NCBI GenBank assembly: GCA_002269645.1
Contig: NIVC01000143.1
Coordinates: forward strand, 1 to 64,000
Source of the DNA: Macrostomum lignano
Lineage: Eukaryota
Length of the DNA stretch: 64,000 bases
Direction of reading: 5' to 3'
Part shown: piece after piece, positions 61,301-64,000 of the stretch
How the letters are laid out: the number at the start of each line of letters is the position of its first letter
How positions within the stretch are numbered: the stretch's first letter is position 1
Notes under the pieces: generated by a model
Told to the model about the DNA's origin: nothing
What the model saw: only the letters and a program-made list of their open reading frames with translations
Database searches by the model: none
Program-made: the position numbers and the translations under genes

Positions 61301-64000
61301 TCCCCGAATTTAGCGTTGCAAGATCGAGCAAAGCTTCAAAGCATTAAGTATCGAGTGTACATTCACCTGCCTGCTGTTTATTCATTGAATTTCACTGCCC
61401 AGCTAATATACAGCCAGGGCTGCCTTTCGAAAGGCGCCGATAATAAAACCAATTGAATCTCGACACAGTCCTTATCTATCTGTTTACAATGTACATTGCT
61501 ATGTACACTCAGCCCAAACCAACCCTCCGTTCTGGGGGGAATCATTAAGTTTAACTGAACCCCCAACACGCGGGGTTTTATTAGCATTGAACCCAGAACA
61601 CGCATCACCCACCCCTCCAATACACAGCGACCTGCGGGGGGAGGTTGGGGTGGTTGTTTTTACAACTAATGCCACTGGAGAGGCAAAGTGGCCAAAGAAG
61701 GTTAAGAAAACAGTTTTCTGCTTTTTTAGCAGACTTAATTTTGAAAATTTCAACAATAAAATAGCCTATTTGTTGCGTAGGAAAATTCTGCATTGATATA
61801 TATAAGTCGCGCATTTGAGTTGCCAGCCGTTTAGGAGGAGATACGCGTTAAACCCGGCCGGTCGATCGATCCACTCAGCTTTAGATATAACGAGGCCAAC
61901 TCCTCCGTTGGCGGAGTAAGGGGAAGAACTCCCATCGCCAGAATTTCATTTTCTGAAATCCATCAGCTGAATCCAATGACACGAATCCCATCGTCCAAAT
62001 CCTCTCCAAATCCTCTATTAACCCCCCAAAAATCATGTTGTTTTACCTGTTTGCAAAAATTGACTGCCTGCCATTGTCCAGATTGAGACTCTCGTCTGTC
62101 CCTCTCTCCTCTTTGCTCTCTCATCTCTAATCTCTCCTATCTCCTCTCTGCTCTCATCTGCTCGTTTATCAATCATTTCTCATCTCATCTCTTATCTCTC
62201 ATCTCTACTCTCTTATCTCTCCTTTCTGCACTCTCATATCTAGACTCTCTTCTTTCTCCTCACTACTTTCTCCTCTACTTTTTCCTCTCTTCTCTTTTAT
62301 CTCTTCACTCTCCTCTCCTTTATCTCCTCTCTGCTCTCATCTTTCTACTTTCTCCCCTCTCCTCTCTCCCTTATCCTCTCGCTTCTCTCTCCTCTCTCTC
62401 CCCTCATCTTTACTCATTTATCTCTTCTCTCTCGTCTTTTGGCTCTACTCCCTCCTGTCTCCTCTTTCTCCTCTCTTACCCCCTCTCCTCTCTCCTCTCA
62501 ATTCCCCCATCTCTTCTCTCGCCTTTATTCTCTTTTTCTTTTCTCTAATCTGCCCTTTTGATTCTCTCTTTTCATGTTCTCTTTCCTCTAATATTTTATT
62601 CACTCTTTCCTTTCTCTTTTCTCTATTCCCTTTCATTTAGCCATTTCATCCTCTCTATGAAACAGATATCATCAAAATCATCTCCGTTAAATGCAATCCA
62701 GCGTGTATCATCTCCTTCAAGCTACAATCCATCATTTAAAAAAATATTATCTCTATCAAATTTCAGTCACTCAAGACTATGAAACTGAAGTCTATAAAAT
62801 ATGCTTTTTACTTGCCTGGATATACGTCAAAAAATTTAAAAAATCCTCCATAAAACCTCTGAAATATCATAGCATGTTTTCCCTGTTTGCAAAAATTGAC
62901 TGCCAGGTCCAGACTGAGACTCTCTCCTGTCTCCTCTCTCCTCTTTGCTCCTTTATCTAATCTCTTCTCTCTGCTCTCATCTCCTCTCTCCTCTCTACTC
63001 TTACTTTCTTATCAATCACCTCCCATCTCTCATCTCTCCTCTCTGCGCTCTTATCTATTTTTTCTTATCTCTATTCTCTCATCTTTCCCCTCTGCTCTCT
63101 CATTTCTTTTCTCATCTCTCTCCTGAGTCCTCTCTCTCTTCTCTTCTCGCTTCTCTCTCTCCCGTCTTCTCTCCTGTCTTCTCTCAATTCTCTCTTATCT
63201 CTCCTCTTCTCTCCTATCTCTCATCTCTACTCGCTTATCTATCGCCTCTCCTCTACCCTGCCCTCTCTCTCTCTTCTCTTTTCTCTCTTGTCTCTTCTCT
63301 CTGCTCTCATTTCTCATACTCCTATTTTCTCTCTTACCCTCTCCTTTTTCATCTCTCATCTTTCCCCTCTCCTCTGTACTCTCTTATCCCTCTCTCCTCC
63401 CATCTTTCCTCCCTCCTTTGCTCTCTCATTTTTCCTCTCTCCCCTCCTTTCTTCCCTCTACATTCTCTTCTCTTCGCTCTCCCTCTTCATCATTCCCGCC
63501 TCACTCCCCTCTTCTCTCCCCTCTGTCGTCGACTCGTCTTTAATCTCACAGCTCTCATATCTACTGTCTTTACTATCATCTTTCTATCCTCTCTTCTCCT
63601 TGAAATCTCTTCTCTCTACTCTCTTATCTGACGGACTGAAAGCGCCGATAATCAAACCAATTGAAATTTATCACCCGCCTCCTCCATCACTGAAATTACT
63701 CAAATGATAGCTGGCTTGAATTTGTGTACGCAACCTCCCCCCAACTACAATTTTGGCAGAAAGTTTAAAAGTATGGAAATCGTTTTTTCAATGCTGTGCT
63801 TTTTGTTTTCATATTTAAAGCAAATAACTTATATCCCCAAACTCAGCGTTGCAAGATCTTTCCAGCAATATAAAATCTCTCCTCTCAAAGCTTAAAACTC
63901 AAGGAACAGTTAGCGTTTGAACTTCCTGATTTAAAGCATTGAAGTATCTATCGAGTGTACATTCACTGCCTGCTAGCTAGTAAGAGGCTCGCAAGTTTAT
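55370..64000. repeat. Macrosatellite of ~2.5-kb units (conserved modules separated by CT-rich tracts)
   Basis: Marker GAGGCCAACTCCTCCGTTGG recurs at 55390, 57884, 59295 and 61892 (spacings 2494, 1411, 2597); other modules recur at ~55950/60035/62640 and ~56996/61095/63627; unit 2 lacks the CT tracts and has a 30-bp tandem expansion (~58000-58330). Confidence 0.92.

Noticed and set aside
55534-63707. Long Leu/Ser-rich ORFs as membrane proteins
   Set aside because: They are translations of CT-rich low-complexity tracts that lack stop codons by composition.

Overview
Eukaryotic (metazoan, invertebrate-type) genomic DNA that is very repeat-rich. It has GT-AG introns, GC-rich exons with CAG runs and AT-rich spacers; the style recalls a free-living flatworm such as Macrostomum, but that is unverified inference. 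From left to right: (1) about 0-22 kb holds a putative + strand coiled-coil gene whose possible 18.8-kb first intron is packed with minus-strand elements. These are a decayed Gypsy/Ty3 LTR element, a spliced DUF4806/BEN-like gene, a BEN-like relic, and an LTR-PBS-gag fragment fused directly to about 1.7 kb that looks like the L (RdRp) gene of a negative-strand RNA virus. Upstream of this gene sits a hAT-like MITE carrying a 28S rRNA fragment spanning the R2/I-PpoI target site. (2) 23.1-25.9 kb is a clear amyloid-precursor-protein-like gene (E1, E2, TM, YENPTY) with an 18-bp minisatellite intron. (3) 28.8-54.8 kb is a cluster of eight two-exon secreted WSC + PAN/Apple-domain paralogs (3 intact, 5 decayed). 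It is interrupted by a full-length Gypsy element (173-bp LTRs, 5-bp TSD), a 5'-truncated RNase H-bearing LINE, SINEs and satellites. (4) 55.4-64 kb is a macrosatellite with a unit of about 2.5 kb and CT-rich tracts. No CRISPR array, intact tRNA gene or intact rRNA gene was found. All family assignments are from motif recognition by eye; no database searches were run.
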